Origin: Eledone cirrhosa
Taxonomy: Eukaryota
Direction of reading: 5' to 3'
Assembly (NCBI GenBank): GCA_964016885.1
Contig: OZ024746.1
Location: 9,424,001-9,488,000, forward strand
Length of the DNA: 64,000 bases
The position numbers were made by a program, and so were the translations under genes. This document shows positions 41,365 through 55,256 of this stretch, in pieces. The notes below the pieces were generated by a model. The model was not told the origin of the DNA. It was given only the letters and a program-made list of their open reading frames with translations, and searched no databases. Numbering within the stretch: the stretch's first letter is position 1; every line of letters starts with the position of its first letter.

Positions 41365-43034
41365 TTAATCTGTTATTTTAATAAATATATATATATATAC
41401 ACACACACTAACCCTGATGTATTGAGCACTTTAGTTTGTATCTGTACGTCTTGGTTTTATTAATAAATCACGGTGTGTGTGTGTATGTATATATTTATAT
41501 ATATGGAAATATGTATATATATATAGATAGATATGAAAGTATGGAAAAGTTGGTGTAACAGGATATAGTGTTGATGGTAATATCTACTGATATACTGCTT
41601 GTTAGCTCATGTACTGTTTATTCCTTTATAACATATGAATTAACCATGTTTCGTAAAATAATTGAAGCAATTTTTATTTTCTATACATAAAGATATGACA
41701 GAAATACATAAAGATATGACAGAAATACATTCTCTATCTGTAAAAATAAAAAGATTATTTAAATCCATGTAGACTTTTGAGAGATTTATTAAAATTATTA
41801 ATTATTGCATTACCAAGATAACATAAGATATGTTTCTTATATATAATTATGTTGGAATTTAATTAAAGAAGAATCCTTTAAATAGCAAGGTTTTGAATCC
41901 TTTAAGAGCCAGTTTTGGCTGGGTTTGTATCAATAGAATTAAACATTCTTCGCTTTCTCTTCACCATTCTTTTATATCCACAAAATCTCAAATTCTATAT
42001 GTAGGAAAGCATCATATAGAAGAAATGTTTAAAATAATTATTTTGTTTTTATATTTATTTTGTATATTTTTATATTTTTTTCATTGTAAATAATTTTATT
42101 TTGTCAATGCTACCCCTCCCACTATCATTGTTAAACATGTCAGGTTGTACTGATGACATTGTTGTCAAGTGGACACCTGTCAATGTAATTTCTTCCAGTA
42201 TGAAGAACTTGATGTGCAGACATACATTGTATTATTCTTGACATGAGGGTATCAAAGCTAGCATCATTCATTCCACAACAATGAGATATTTTATCTCGCT
42301 GCATATATCTAGCACTATATCTAGCATTGCACATTTTCTAGCTATGTTCTATTCTGCATATTCCAACTATGCCATTGCAAGAGAAATTACTTAACACAGC
42401 ATAGAACATATAAATTAATTCTATATAAGAATAGATACTTAGTTTGCTCTCAAATTCCTTTGGGTGGGGTGTAATCCCTAGAGATAACACACTGGGCTGA
42501 AAACTGAATAATGTTACCAATTCAATTTAGTTATTATTCAGCTTCTGCTCAGTTATAACTACATACAATCTTTTAGAATGTTAGATTATTTATTTAACAG
42601 TTTATTTTTGCTTGTATTTTTTAATGCATTTTTTCCTCAATCCGTATTTCTGTTTACAACAGAGTATAAAATATTATCAACTATTGCAGCCAGTTATTGG
42701 GGTGCCACACCAAACATTTGACTGTATTCATCATGGCATTTCAGTGGGTCTAAGAAATGCTTGGTGGATCCATCTCTTCTCCAAGTGTGCGTGTGCGTGT
42801 GCGTGTCAGGTATGTAACAACAGTAAGAGGTGGTGGGCCATTCGAAGCACTCAATTCTGTTATGAGATCTTTCATTTGGGTTGTATTCCAGAGTTACAGC
42901 TGTAGAATGCAGAGTGTAATTAGGTTTAAAAGAGTTGAAGTCAGTGTTGCAGCATGTCTACAAACTTTATTTCCATATTACAATTGTTTCGATTTTGATC
43001 AGCTAAGGGTAGAATCAAGGTGATATAAGCTCCC

Positions 43035-43116
43035 ATATCTGACGAGATGTTGAAAAATCAAACTCCATCACCTTGATTGTACCCTGAGCTGATTGATATC
43101 GAAATAATTGTAATAT
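43035..43116 (+). ncRNA. Type I hammerhead ribozyme, family G
   Basis: ATAT-CTGACGA-GATGTT...GATATC-GAAA-TAATTG-TA-ATAT. Inverted half copy at ~42938-43024, decayed copy at ~53060-53146. Confidence 0.75.
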
Positions 43117-44292
43117 ACAAATAAGTTTGTACATATACTGCAACACTGACTTTGGCTATTATATATGTATATATATATATTCATATATATATATATATAA
43201 AGTTAAAAACAAAAATAACGAAGAGTGCAGTACAAACAGTGTTAGTATTAGGTTCACGCTTGAGAGTGGGGTGTATATATATATATATATTATATATATA
43301 TATATATAACCAAAAGTATATATTGAGTTAAAAACTCACATTAGTCCCTTATAATCAAAGTAGCTCAAGAAAAACATTTAAACATCTAGGGTGTCACTCC
43401 ATGATGTCACTGAGTGAGATTAAACTTGGAACCATTTGGTTGCAAATTGAACTTCTTAACCGCAAAACTATTCTTACACCTACATACATATCATTAAGTT
43501 TTTTTAAAAGGCTGTAATTATATTGCATCAGTGTTATTGATTTATGAATAAAAATTGATTACATTTTTACGTTTATTCACTTAATGATTTATTTATATAT
43601 TTATTTATCTTAAATACAATTTTTAGCTTGATAATTTCCTTCCTAATGTAACCATTAAAAAACATTGTTCCACATGTTTTCTCTCTCTCCCTCTCATTTT
43701 ATTTATTTACTTTCTAACCACTATTTTTTATGGGTCCATTCAAAACTGGTAATAAGATAGATGGATAGATATCATTTCATCCATTTCATTTTACGTCCGC
43801 TTTTTCCCTGCTTGCAAGGGTGGGACGGGAACTGATTCTGGCTTGATTTCTACAGCTGGATGCCCTTCCTAACACCAACCTCATTTACAGTGAGTGCTGG
43901 GGTGCTTTTTTGCCATGGCACCTCCACGACCACTTTGGAGTGGAATGATAGGGACCCCAGTCCTATCAACTCATTTCTATAGCTGAGTAAACTGGAGCAA
44001 TGTGAAATAAAGTGTCTTGCTCAAGGAAACAACACATCACCCGGTCTGAGAATCGAACTCACAGCCTTTCGATTGCAAGGCCAATGTTCTAACCACTAAG
44101 CCATGTACCTCCATAGATAGGGAAATATATATATAACGAAGGAAGTGTGGTAAGAAACCAGGTGGACCAGAGTACTCGATACTTAGGGTAGTAGAGTGGG
44201 TAATAGGAAAAGAGTCAGAACCCCGACGGCAGAGCTCAAGCTGTTTCAACAATTATTTCTGGACTCTCTCTATATATATTTATATATGTATG

Positions 44293-44350
<58 letters not shown>

Positions 44351-45808
44351 AACAGAAAACTAAATTAATAGCTTTTCTGCCTTTGTAAATAGCTGTTTTT
44401 AGTGAAGTACCTTATATCAAAGGCATGAGGCTAATAAAAATTTAGTAATGACAGAACAAATCTACCAACATTTAATTAGTCTTGTATTCTAGTAATTAGA
44501 ACATGAGAAAATAAAATAAAATAAAAAGGAAATGGCTGCATAATTGAAACATAGCGTCAGATGAACTCTTATATTTTAATAATTGACTAAAATATTTCAT
44601 TGTGAGAAAACTTGTATTGTTTAGAAAATTGTGTGTGTGTGAAGTAGTAAGGAGCAATAGTACAGGGTGTATGACAGACTGCTTAAGGTAAAAAAAAACA
44701 CTCGATTTGTTTGCTTGTTTTTAAGAGTCTCCTGCAAGCATGAGAATATAATACATTCATATTTCTTATTCTTATATTACCCATCAAACTTGATTATAAA
44801 TTGCACACACCATATATACTCATATATAGTATTTTAGATAAATTTTCAAACCAAAAATTAATGGTTCGGACATTACACAAGTATTCTTTGGAAAAAATAT
44901 TTATTTTTTACTTAGACAATACCTCCACATAATTATATGTCTTAAAATTAGTCACATAAAATCGACCTATACATAATACTTATGTTATCTGGCCTTCGTA
45001 CCTTGTACTGACATCACATTTGTCTACCATAGTAAATGAATTTGACACTCCTGAATTATTTGATGGATTTTTACTATAAATGTTAATTATTTTTAACATT
45101 GGCACATGGTCAGCAACTAGAGGAAAGGGGTAAGTTGATTATATTAATCCCAGTATATAACTGGTATTTTATTTTATCGACGCTGGAAGGATGAAAGGCA
45201 AAGTTGACTTCAATGGGATTTGAATGTAAAAAATCATAAATAAATAGAGCAAAGTATTTTATCCAAAACTTTATTGACATTGCCAATCCACTGCCCTTCT
45301 AGTCTATATAATAATGGTTCTGTGTTGCAGGAGACAATTAAAAGTGTTAGCACAAAGATTCTCAATTGGCCAGAAAACCCCACTTAAAAAAGGACCCCGT
45401 GTGGGTCCACAAGATGAACCCCTTGTACTTGCATGCGAAATTGTCTTAAAATACATGAAGCTGAAATCTGGTGATGGTGATATGAGATCAATTAAATAAA
45501 TCCCAGGAATATATTTACTGGGATCTTCCTCCTTAGAAATAAGACTAGAATCATTTAAAAAAATCATTAACTCTGATGATGATTATTATTATCATTATAT
45601 CTTGTTGTGCAAATGATTTTTGCATATGTTATATATATATATATATATAATTATATATATATGATATATATAATTATATATATATATACCAATGATGGTT
45701 GGCAAAATCACTGATGAGGGACTAATAATTTTATAATATGTAATCCATGTGCAACCATGCAGTATTCTTCTTCCCCTTGTTTTTCTGATATATATATATA
45801 TATATATA

Positions 45809-45863
<55 letters not shown>

Positions 45864-46620
45864 ATATATATCACATATATATATATGTGATATATATCAC
45901 ACATATATATATATATATATATGTGATATATATATATATATGTGTGATATATATATATATATATGTTTATGAATATTCTTTTGTTGACAATTTTCATTGG
46001 GGTGTTTAAAATTTCAAGAATGATTCAATGTTATTCATAGCTTTTCATCAAAGGACATTTTATGTTGTCGATCTGGTAAACCAGGTTTTCTTTTTTCCTT
46101 TTACTTTTTCTCATTAAGGTTTTGTTACCATGTGTAGGCTGGTTTTACATATTGAAATGATTTTAATGAGTTCTTGCAGCAAGCAGTTAGTTAGTTGCTT
46201 CGTTATTTAATACCAAGAGTGAAGTGGAAGTGATGAATATTTTAGAATTAAGTAAACTGAGTTCCAATTCAAAAGAGGTTTTTATATTTTACTTTTCGTT
46301 TCTGCTTTGTTTTTAGCTGGGGTTTTTTTTCCTATTAAGTATAAAATAGAAAATTTAATTTAAAAACACTATAATTAAAAACACTATAATTACTATAGAT
46401 ATAGAATGTCGGAAAGACGACAATCTTACAAGTTTGTGACCACCACCGTGATTGTAAATCAATAGTTAATCTGCAAGTAAACTAACTTAGTTTTGATGTG
46501 ATGTATATCAATTTTTCGTAGAATAATAATTTATATATATAGAGAGAGAGATAGATACATGCTTGCATACACATATATACTCATATATACATGTACATGT
46601 TTATGTATTTACACATAGAA

Positions 46621-46651
<31 letters not shown>

Positions 46652-46678
46652 CTCACTCACACACATGCAGAAACACAT

Positions 46679-46717
<39 letters not shown>

Positions 46718-48570
46718 ATCAAAAATCGACTGCACATCTATTTGTGTACATTTTTGGTATGTTTTAGAATTGCAGTTTTAAAATCTTGTTAATTTATATA
46801 CTATATCATCATCTGAAACACAATAAAAGTTGTTCAATCGGTGTGGTGGTGTTAGAGAGGTAAAGAAGGGGAGTTAACTTCCATGGCTGCCAAGTAATAT
46901 TGGCTTGAGTAACATAATGATTCTTATCTGTGACTAAATCTCCTAAATATTCAATATAAACATAACTTAGATGTTTGATTAGAATAATTGTAGTTTGGAG
47001 AAATTATTAACATGTTTTGTTTTATTTTGTTTAGTTTGTTTCCCTTCTATATAACAATGAGTCATAGCCAATCAATACCTTCTTATGTATTCTATGGTAA
47101 AGCATGCCACTTTAAGACACTTTTAATTTGCTTCTATAGGACAACAGATTTTGTAGTTAAACCATCATTTCATTCAGTTTTTCCTATAATTCCATAGTTC
47201 AAAATTTATAGTGGAATTTAATATCTGCAAACTCTACCCTTCAGAACAATACAGCAAGAGGCAGTAAATGAGGTTTTTGAGGAAGGGGTCATTTTAAAAG
47301 CAAGACAGTAATCAATAATCTAAGTCTTGTATCAAACATGACATAATGATTAAGGCATCAAATCAAATCTCTCTCAGTGTTTAGTTACATCTCTTTGGAT
47401 TCAGTTCAAATCTCATCTCAGTTGACTTTACTTTTCATTCTTCAATGGTTAATAAATAAATTACCAGTCAAGTCCTGAAGATTAATGTAAGTAACTATTG
47501 CTACTCTCTCCAAATGTTCTGACCTTATGTCTATGCTATTTCTTATTCTAACAGGACTCATGACAAGATCATAATAGTTAGAATGATTGGGTGGTTGGTG
47601 AGTTTATTACACTTCTATAAGCTTGACAAAGCCATATGTTTTCATATGCAAGCGTGGAACATGGACGTTAAACGATGATGATGATGATGATGACTGCTAT
47701 TAGAAATTAATATATCTGCCATTCTGCTCTAAAGGATTTATCAAATATGAGACAAATAGTAGCTTATTTGATAATTTAATAAACAATATAGTTACAGGCA
47801 AAGCTATGTAATTAAGGAGTTTTACATTACAAACATGTGATTTCAGGTTCTATTCCACTTTGAGGCAAACTGAAAAAGTATTTTTACTAAAGCTTCATGT
47901 TTACTATAGCTTCATGTTTACTATAGCTTCATGTTTACTAATGCCTCATGAGGGAAATTTGCTAGGTGGGAATTATGACTGAAAATAGCAAAATAATAAA
48001 AAATAGAATATGAAAACTACTTTTTGGAAGCACACAAAAGCCCTATCAATCTTTATACTAATTAATCCTTGTAATTAGAAACTTAAACAGAAATTACTGA
48101 GTAAAATCTAATTGTGTCTCTCATCTTCTCTTCACCAATATTGTGACTCCCTTCTCACCAAACCCATATACAAAGCACCATACCCTATGCTTCTTTCTCA
48201 GAGTGTCAATCTTCTGAAATTCACTCACTGCACACATTTGTCCTGCAGTTGTCAACTAAGAAATGTTCAAGAGAAATATTAACTGCATTACTCATGCCAC
48301 ACCATCATCATCATCTTTTTAATGTCTGCTTTCCCTGTTAGCAATGGTTGGAAGGGTCTATATAGACTGGGTGATCACTGAAGAACTACTTACCTCTCAG
48401 ACAGGCCAGGGATCTGTATATTGCCTACAATAAAACAACATATATATATGGTGTGATAGTTTGCATGAAGCGTTGTGAAAATGAAACTTGTTTTATCTCA
48501 AAGATTTTTTTTTCCATACTTTCCTCTTCTCACTTTCTATCTTTCTATTTCATCTTTTATTTCTGATTCT

Positions 48571-48608
48571 ATCTTCTGGTGAAGGACTAGCATCCGAAAC
48601 GTTAAGAT
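48571..48608 (+). ncRNA. Minimal PLE-type hammerhead, family D (core CTGGTGA)
   Basis: ATCTT-CTGGTGA-AGGACTAGCATCC-GAAA-CG-TT-AAGAT. Relatives at 15191-15295 (3' half) and 49885-49915 (CTGATGA-AGGACTTATGCCC-GAAA-CG). Confidence 0.6.
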
Positions 48609-48690
48609 TTTTTTCCTACAATATCAAGCATTAAACTAATACATTCCTTCATTTTACTATATCATTTGCTTTGTTATTCTATTCACTTTT

Positions 48691-48738
<48 letters not shown>

Positions 48739-49153
48739 AAGTGTGTGCGCGTATTTATGCTAATAATGGACAAAAATCTGGTGTTGTTGTTCAAGATGTG
48801 TCCCTTTATGATATGTAATTTAGCAGTTTTACAAACAGGGATTGATAAAATAAGTACCAGGCTATGATTACAGGGAAGAATACAGTTAACTAATAACCTT
48901 CAAGGTGTTACACCAGTTTACCCACAATCCCATGAATGAAACCAGTAAAAAACAAAAGTATAGGAATGATTAAAAAATACTGCTATATCTATTCTACTAG
49001 CCTTCTATAATGTGTTCAATCATTGATATTCCATACAGCTTGGTGTGAACACAGCTTCAATAATTCTCTTAATAAATGTCCTTCCCATACTCTTATGTCT
49101 CAAGGTACTTACAATATTTACTATTAGATTTATGTCTAGAATAATCTCTTGCA

Positions 49154-49198
<45 letters not shown>

Positions 49199-49299
49199 AA
49201 TATATATATTGTGTGTGTCTGGGTCTGTGTGTATATGTCTGTGTGTCTGTGTATATGTGTGTCTGTGTATATATGTGTCTGTGTGTATGTGTGTGTGTG

Positions 49300-49334
<35 letters not shown>

Positions 49335-49577
49335 ATATGGATGTTTGTGTGTGTGTGTGTGTTACATCAATTTTACTTAAGAACCATAAATTAATAATTC
49401 GATAGATCAATAGTTTTATTTCTAGTCTCTTAACCTATTATTTGATAAGGCTAACTGTATTAATATGCACTCACACACACACACACACGTCTATATATAT
49501 ATATTATCCCAGGTTCAATCGGGGGTAACCGTAAGGTACTCAATACAAAGCAGAGTATAAATATTTAATATAGAAAA

Positions 49578-49672
49578 GATTCTACAGGACTAGAACTGTT
49601 TCATTCATGAGGAATCATCAGTCAGCTTCCTGATGATTTCTCACGAATGAAAGTTCTAGTTCTGTAGAAGCT
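49578..49672. ncRNA. Head-to-head pair of family B hammerheads
   Basis: Plus: AGCTTC-CTGATGA-TTTCTCACGAAT-GAAA-GTTCTAGTTCTG-TA-GAAGCT (49624-49672, 2-nt deletion in helix III). Minus: CTGATGA-TTCCTCATGAAT-GAAA-CAGTTCTAGTCCTG-TA-GAATC (49578-49621). Confidence 0.75.
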
Positions 49673-50030
49673 TTTCTATATAAAATATATGTATATATAT
49701 ATACATGTATATATATACGTTTATTTTTGTTTTTATTTTTATTTTTATTTTTATTTGTACTTTTAAAAAATTTCCTTTACTCTTTAAAAATTGTTTTTCC
49801 TCCCCTTTCTCCCCCTCCCCTTTTTTTAAATGTCTTTCCACCACTCCGCCACACACCCACGGAACTCTCTTCCTACCCACTGTTCTCCTGATGAAGGACT
49901 TATGCCCGAAACGGCCCCCGCCCCTCACTCTCAAGCGTGAAACTAAAAACCATATCATTTGTACTGCCTCTCTGTTTTTTGTTCTCTGTTCATTTATTCA
50001 ACTATATATATACATGTATATATATGTGTT

Positions 50031-50205
50031 CATCATCAGCATCGTTTTTACGTCCACTTTTCTATGCTTGCATGGGTTGGACAGGTCCTTCTCAGCCCGG
50101 CATCTCTTCACATATTGTGATCCTTTGTCATCTCTTCTGCAAGTCTCTGATTTGAGATCAGCTCTCATAAAATCTGCTCAGGTCTTTCTTGGTCTACCTT
50201 TATCA
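50031..50205 (-). mobile_element. Decayed RTE LINE 3' end
   Basis: Reverse reads KGRPRKT*ADFMRADLKS, followed by the CCCATGCAAGC..GGACGTAAAA-(GAT)n tail. Confidence 0.75.
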
Positions 50206-50652
50206 TGACTACACGGCCACATTACAGCATGGACTGTGTGTTTTTTTGTTGTGACACCTACACGACCTCATTTATTTAGAACTGGATGTTGTGGTACCAA
50301 CATAACTTTGCAGAGAAAGGGGTGATGTTGATGGGGGTGGGGGAGTTGGGTAGTGGGATGGGGTGTATATTTGATTAAAAGGTGCCTACTGACTGTAGAT
50401 TTCGCTTTGTACTTAGGGAAGGCAGGTTTTCTGTATTACTGTGCCAAAGATCTCGGCCCAGGGACATTGTCTTAGAGAGGTGTAAGTGTGTAAGGTCGGA
50501 ATTTATCAAATCGTCATGTATATATATATGTGTGTGTAAATAAATATATATATATATAATTAGGTATGAATCGAATTTGTAGCTGCCATATAGCAGGAAC
50601 TGAGTTGAGGCAATCACAAAGCACTCAAAAGAGTGGTATATTAATACATTAC

Positions 50653-50820
50653 CATCGAGAGTAAACACAACAGTTAAAAGTGAAACACCAATGAAAATGA
50701 CCGAAGGCAGTGGCCATATATATACCACAACAATGATAAATACAGGAATGCAAAAGGCAAACAGAAATAACAAAGCAAACACCACAGTACAAAATGAAGT
50801 AATATATTATTAGCTTATGC
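50653..50820 (-). other. Candidate exon
   Basis: Acceptor TTTCCTACTATATCAG, donor ATG|GTAATG. The hydrophobic frame begins with two stops. Confidence 0.2.
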
Positions 50821-52482
50821 CTGATATAGTAGGAAACGTGTCTTAAGAAAAGAAAATGAGAAATTAAAGAAGACTTCCTTTTGCTGTTATGTTCTCTGTC
50901 GTTCTGAAACTTCAGACCAAAATTTAATTTTGAAAAAGTCAATGTTTTCCACTGACATTAGCATATCATCTATATTGTTGGTTTTATTGTAGTTGTAATT
51001 GAATTTTATCTCAAGGTCAGCCTTTATTAAGCAAATTATTAAACAAATTCCAACCATAGCCATCATGGATTATTTTAAAGATCTATGTGTGATATGTGAA
51101 ACAATTTGGCAGCTATATCTAGCAGGTCGAGTGACCATGGAAATATTAGTGGTGGTTTATTCCCTGGTCATCTCTGCTGAACCTGACCAATTATCAAAGA
51201 TAGTCTTGTGATAATCAACCTATCTTTCTCCTCCAATTATCAAAAATATTCTTGTGATAATCAACCTATCTTTCTCCTGTCTAGAACCACATTATATATC
51301 ATAGTATGTACTTGTTTTCTAAAGTGTTATGTTGATATTTGAAAAATATTCACCTATCTCTAGCAGGTTCAATAAACTTATAACTGCTATCTGCTTATTG
51401 GTTCGTTATATCTATATATTCGTATTTGCAGAATATTAAATTGTTTTGATGAGCTACAAGGTTAAATGTGTTATTAAGGTTGTTGCAGTTTATCTTTGAT
51501 GGAACAAACTTATGATCAAAGACATTCCTGCCATGACTACTCCATGTTTATGTATAATTGGAACTTTTACATTTTCTAATGTGTCCTTCCTTTTTTTATG
51601 AATATTTCGAATTTTCAATGCCCTAGGGACCGCATTAGGTGATTTAGCGATCTCTCTCTATAATTCTTAGTCTTTCTTTTTAGATAGATACATAGATATA
51701 ACGTTGCGCCCTTTTGTCTGTATGTCTGCATTACGACATTATGACACTATATGTGTGTGTATATATGTATATATAGTGTGTGTATGTATATATATATATA
51801 TATATATATAGTGTGTAACGTTTTTCGAAATATTTACTTCTGCGTTCACAGATTGATTTTATTTTAGTTTCAGAAGATTCTTTGCTTAAACTTTAATCTG
51901 TTATTTTAATATATATATATATATAATTATATATTCGAGTACAGATATTTTTGCATACACAATAACAAAATATAAACAAACATATTTATTTCACGAGGCT
52001 CGATAAGGATAAATATATATCAAATATATAAGAACCCTAGAGCAAATCCCGAGCAACGCTGGGCCATTCTGCTAGTACTGTCTAAATAAAGACTAGATTG
52101 TCACCATGACTGGAATTATGTTGATTATATGATTGTTAATCCAGGGCTGACAGGATAAACAATAACAACAAAAATTACTGCTCACTTTCCAATAAAACAT
52201 TAATTTCTATCATAGCCAAAATGTCACATATATTTGGAGAAGGGATATAATCAATTGCGTACACATTATGGCCAAATGGTTTAGGAGTTTGCTTCATAAT
52301 GATTTGATTCCAGGTTTGATCAATTGTCATTTATCATGTCCTCGGGTCAACACATACCTTGTGAGTGAGATTGAGTAGATGGAAGTTGTTTCAATGTTCA
52401 TCAGATTGACTGTGCCTGTAATTCAAAGGGACAGCCTTGACACTGTGTGCGTCAAGCTGAATCACCCTGAGAATTACGTTAA

Positions 52483-52681
52483 CCCTTTAGCATTTACATT
52501 ACTCTATATATACTATTGGATTTTCATATTATCTCACATAATATCGAATCTATGAGATTTTTATATGATTTATTTTGAGAACAATACCTTAAAGTCAGTT
52601 TGAGAGGCAAGTTACAGCTGATTTGAATGGGAAAAGGTGAAATAATTCTGGCCAGATATGGCCGGTTTAAATGCTAAAGGG
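52483..52681. mobile_element. piggyBac-type MITE inserted in a SINE
   Basis: TTAA-CCCTTTAGCATTTA...TAAATGCTAAAGGG-TTAA: 14-bp TIR with TTAA TSD. Confidence 0.85.
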
Positions 52682-53190
52682 TTAAGGGTATTTGTAAATG
52701 TGGAGTGCTCAGCCTCTTACCCATTAATTTCATGAGCAGGCTGTTTCATTGATTGAACAGCTGGAACACACATTGTTAAAACAAACAAGTTCATATAATT
52801 AATTATATCAGGTTTAATACAAGATTGGTACCTTATTTTATTGACTTCAGCAAGATTTGATATTAGAATGTCAAGTGATATAATGAAATACTGCAAGGAA
52901 ATTTAATCTGTGTGTTCATCATATGAGGCATTAGAGAGAAGGACTATCCATAACACTAGATAAAATTGAAGAGAGGTTTAGCACAAAAACTGAATGAATG
53001 GTGGCTGGTCATATCTTTATCGTTATCTTTCTGAGTGTGTTAATTAGGTGTGTAAATCACATATCTGATAAAATGTTGAAATGGAGTCAGGCCCCACCAC
53101 CTTGATTTTACTCTGAGCTGATTGATATCAAAACAATAGTAATATGCAAATAAAGTTTGTACATATGGTGCAACACTAACTTCAAATCTT

Positions 53191-53240
<50 letters not shown>

Positions 53241-53352
53241 GTGTGTGTGTTTGTGTGTGTTTGACTGCTAAGAGAAAGAGTGGTTAATACCGAAGTAGTT
53301 TCGATATTTATTTGTATTAAGGCTAAAAGGTTTATCACAGGGTCAACAGAGT

Positions 53353-53402
53353 TCTTGTCTGATGACCCTGTGGTAAACAGGTGAAATTCCAGAGTAACAA
53401 GA
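53353..53402 (+). ncRNA. Type I hammerhead ribozyme, family H
   Basis: TCTTGT-CTGATGA-CCCTG-TGGTAAA-CAGGT-GAAA-TTCCAGAG-TA-ACAAGA. Partial relative at ~29505-29575 (-). Confidence 0.8.
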
Positions 53403-53429
53403 CTCACTTTTTAGCCTTAATATAAATAA

Positions 53430-53480
<51 letters not shown>

Positions 53481-53490
53481 TATATATATT

Positions 53491-53800
53491 GAATAGAAAA
53501 CGAAAAATCAGTGATGCATCTGAACTCAATTTTTTGTGTGTTACAATTGTTTCCCCGGCGGATAGCTTGAGACGCGATCATTGCGTAGACATGTCTGATT
53601 CTGGACCCGCAGGTTCGACAGACACGTCTAATGATTTCGGAGCACATTCTTCGAAATCATTAGACGTGTCCATCAAACCTGCGGGTCCAGAATCAGACAT
53701 GTCTACGCAATGATCGCGTCTCGAGCCATCCGCCGGGGAAACATTTGTAACACACAAAAAATTGAGTTCAGATGCATCACTGATTTTTCGTTTTCTATTC
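53491..53800. repeat. ~310-bp near-perfect palindrome beside (TA)n
   Basis: Arms ~53491-53639 and 53651-53800. Each arm carries GAAA-CA(A/T)TTG-TA-ACAC, a hammerhead 3' half. Confidence 0.85.
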
Positions 53801-53873
53801 TATAATACTCTGCTCTGTAAGAGTATAGTGCTCAACCTGCATACCGCCTATGAAGCATCTTAGCTACCATCAG

Positions 53874-53904
<31 letters not shown>

Positions 53905-54293
53905 ACCATTCGTCCTTGTTTTACTATATATATATATATGTATATAGTAAAACAAGAACGAATGGTTACTCATTCATTATGTTTATTGGTTGGTGACGCG
54001 AATTTCGCTATTGATCAGCTCAGAGTTCGATCTGTATCGATCTAGCCCAACTCTGTAATCAATGGCTCGTCGGACCTCTGTGGTATATATACTGAAAGAG
54101 ATTCCTAACACCAGTTAGATGTGAGTTACAAGTCAGCATACCCACACATCTGTCCATGTCTTAACTTTTGAAAATCATAAAACTTGTGAAGTTATAAATT
54201 ATTGTAAATCAATCTTCTTAAAGACTCCAATTGCATTTTCAACTTCTTTTTCCTATATTTTTATGCATGTAGGATATATTAAAAATTTTACAT

Positions 54294-54348
<55 letters not shown>

Positions 54349-54481
54349 TATATACACACACGCGTGCGCTCTCCCTATTAGCAGAGAAGAATGGACAGAG
54401 AAATGAACTCTCTTCTCTGAATGAACATGTAAAAATTAATTTTTCTTCCCCTTTTTAGTTTTATTATTATTATCCCTATTT

Positions 54482-54670
54482 GGCGGTGGATTGGCAGTAT
54501 CGGTGGAGGGTCAGACGCCATGCTTTCCAGCATAGTTACGACCCTTTACGATCTGAGTTCAAATCCCGCCGAGGTTGACTTTGCTTTTCATCCTTACGGG
54601 GTCGATAAAATAAAGTACCAGTAATGCACTGGATAATTGCTGGCCTTGTGCCTAAAGTAGAAACAATTAT
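54482..54670 (+). mobile_element. tRNA-derived SINE family 1 (full copy, Nin/Deu-like domain)
   Basis: Box A-like TGGCAGTATCGG, box B GAGTTCAAATCC, central CTTTGC(C/T)TTTCATCCTTACGGGGTCGATAAAATAAAGTACCAG, (ATT)n tail. About 20 copies or fragments in the window. Confidence 0.9.
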
Positions 54671-54943
54671 TATTATCCCTATTTGTACAAATATGCAACT
54701 TAACAATATTCTGCATATCTGCAATTGACAATGAATTTAATGCTGAAACCAGTATTGTAAATAAATTAATGTTTTGATATTTCACTGAAAAAAATCTCTT
54801 CAACATTTTCTACTGAAAGAATCTTTTTCCTTTCTACTATTTGTTTATATATATCCAAGTGGGACTACCCCCGTCCAAACCCATGCAAGCGTGGAACACG
54901 GACGTTAAACGTTGATGATGATGATGATGATGATATATATACA

Positions 54944-54977
<34 letters not shown>

Positions 54978-55001
54978 GTTTAACGTCCATTTTCCACGCT
55001 A

Positions 55002-55053
<52 letters not shown>

Positions 55054-55191
55054 CACACACTTGCATGTGTGTTTGTGTGTGAATCTTAAATCATATCCAA
55101 AATATATTTTGAATTTTGGCATGAGAATATACCTCTCTATCTCACTACCCCCTCTCTCTCTATCTCACTACCCCCTCTCTCTCCCTCCCTC

Positions 55192-55256
<65 letters not shown>

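Noticed and set aside
45304-45567. TMC-like (CGPTRG) or Lifeguard-like (RRKIPVN) protein call
   Set aside because: Only short resemblances in different frames, interrupted by stops.
45705-45780. TCA-CTGATGA-GGGACT (also at 22318) as a hammerhead
   Set aside because: No downstream GAAA or cleavage site in either copy, so at most a half motif.
54482-54575. tRNA genes (box A/B matches here and elsewhere)
   Set aside because: These are SINE heads continuing into SINE bodies, with no full cloverleaf.
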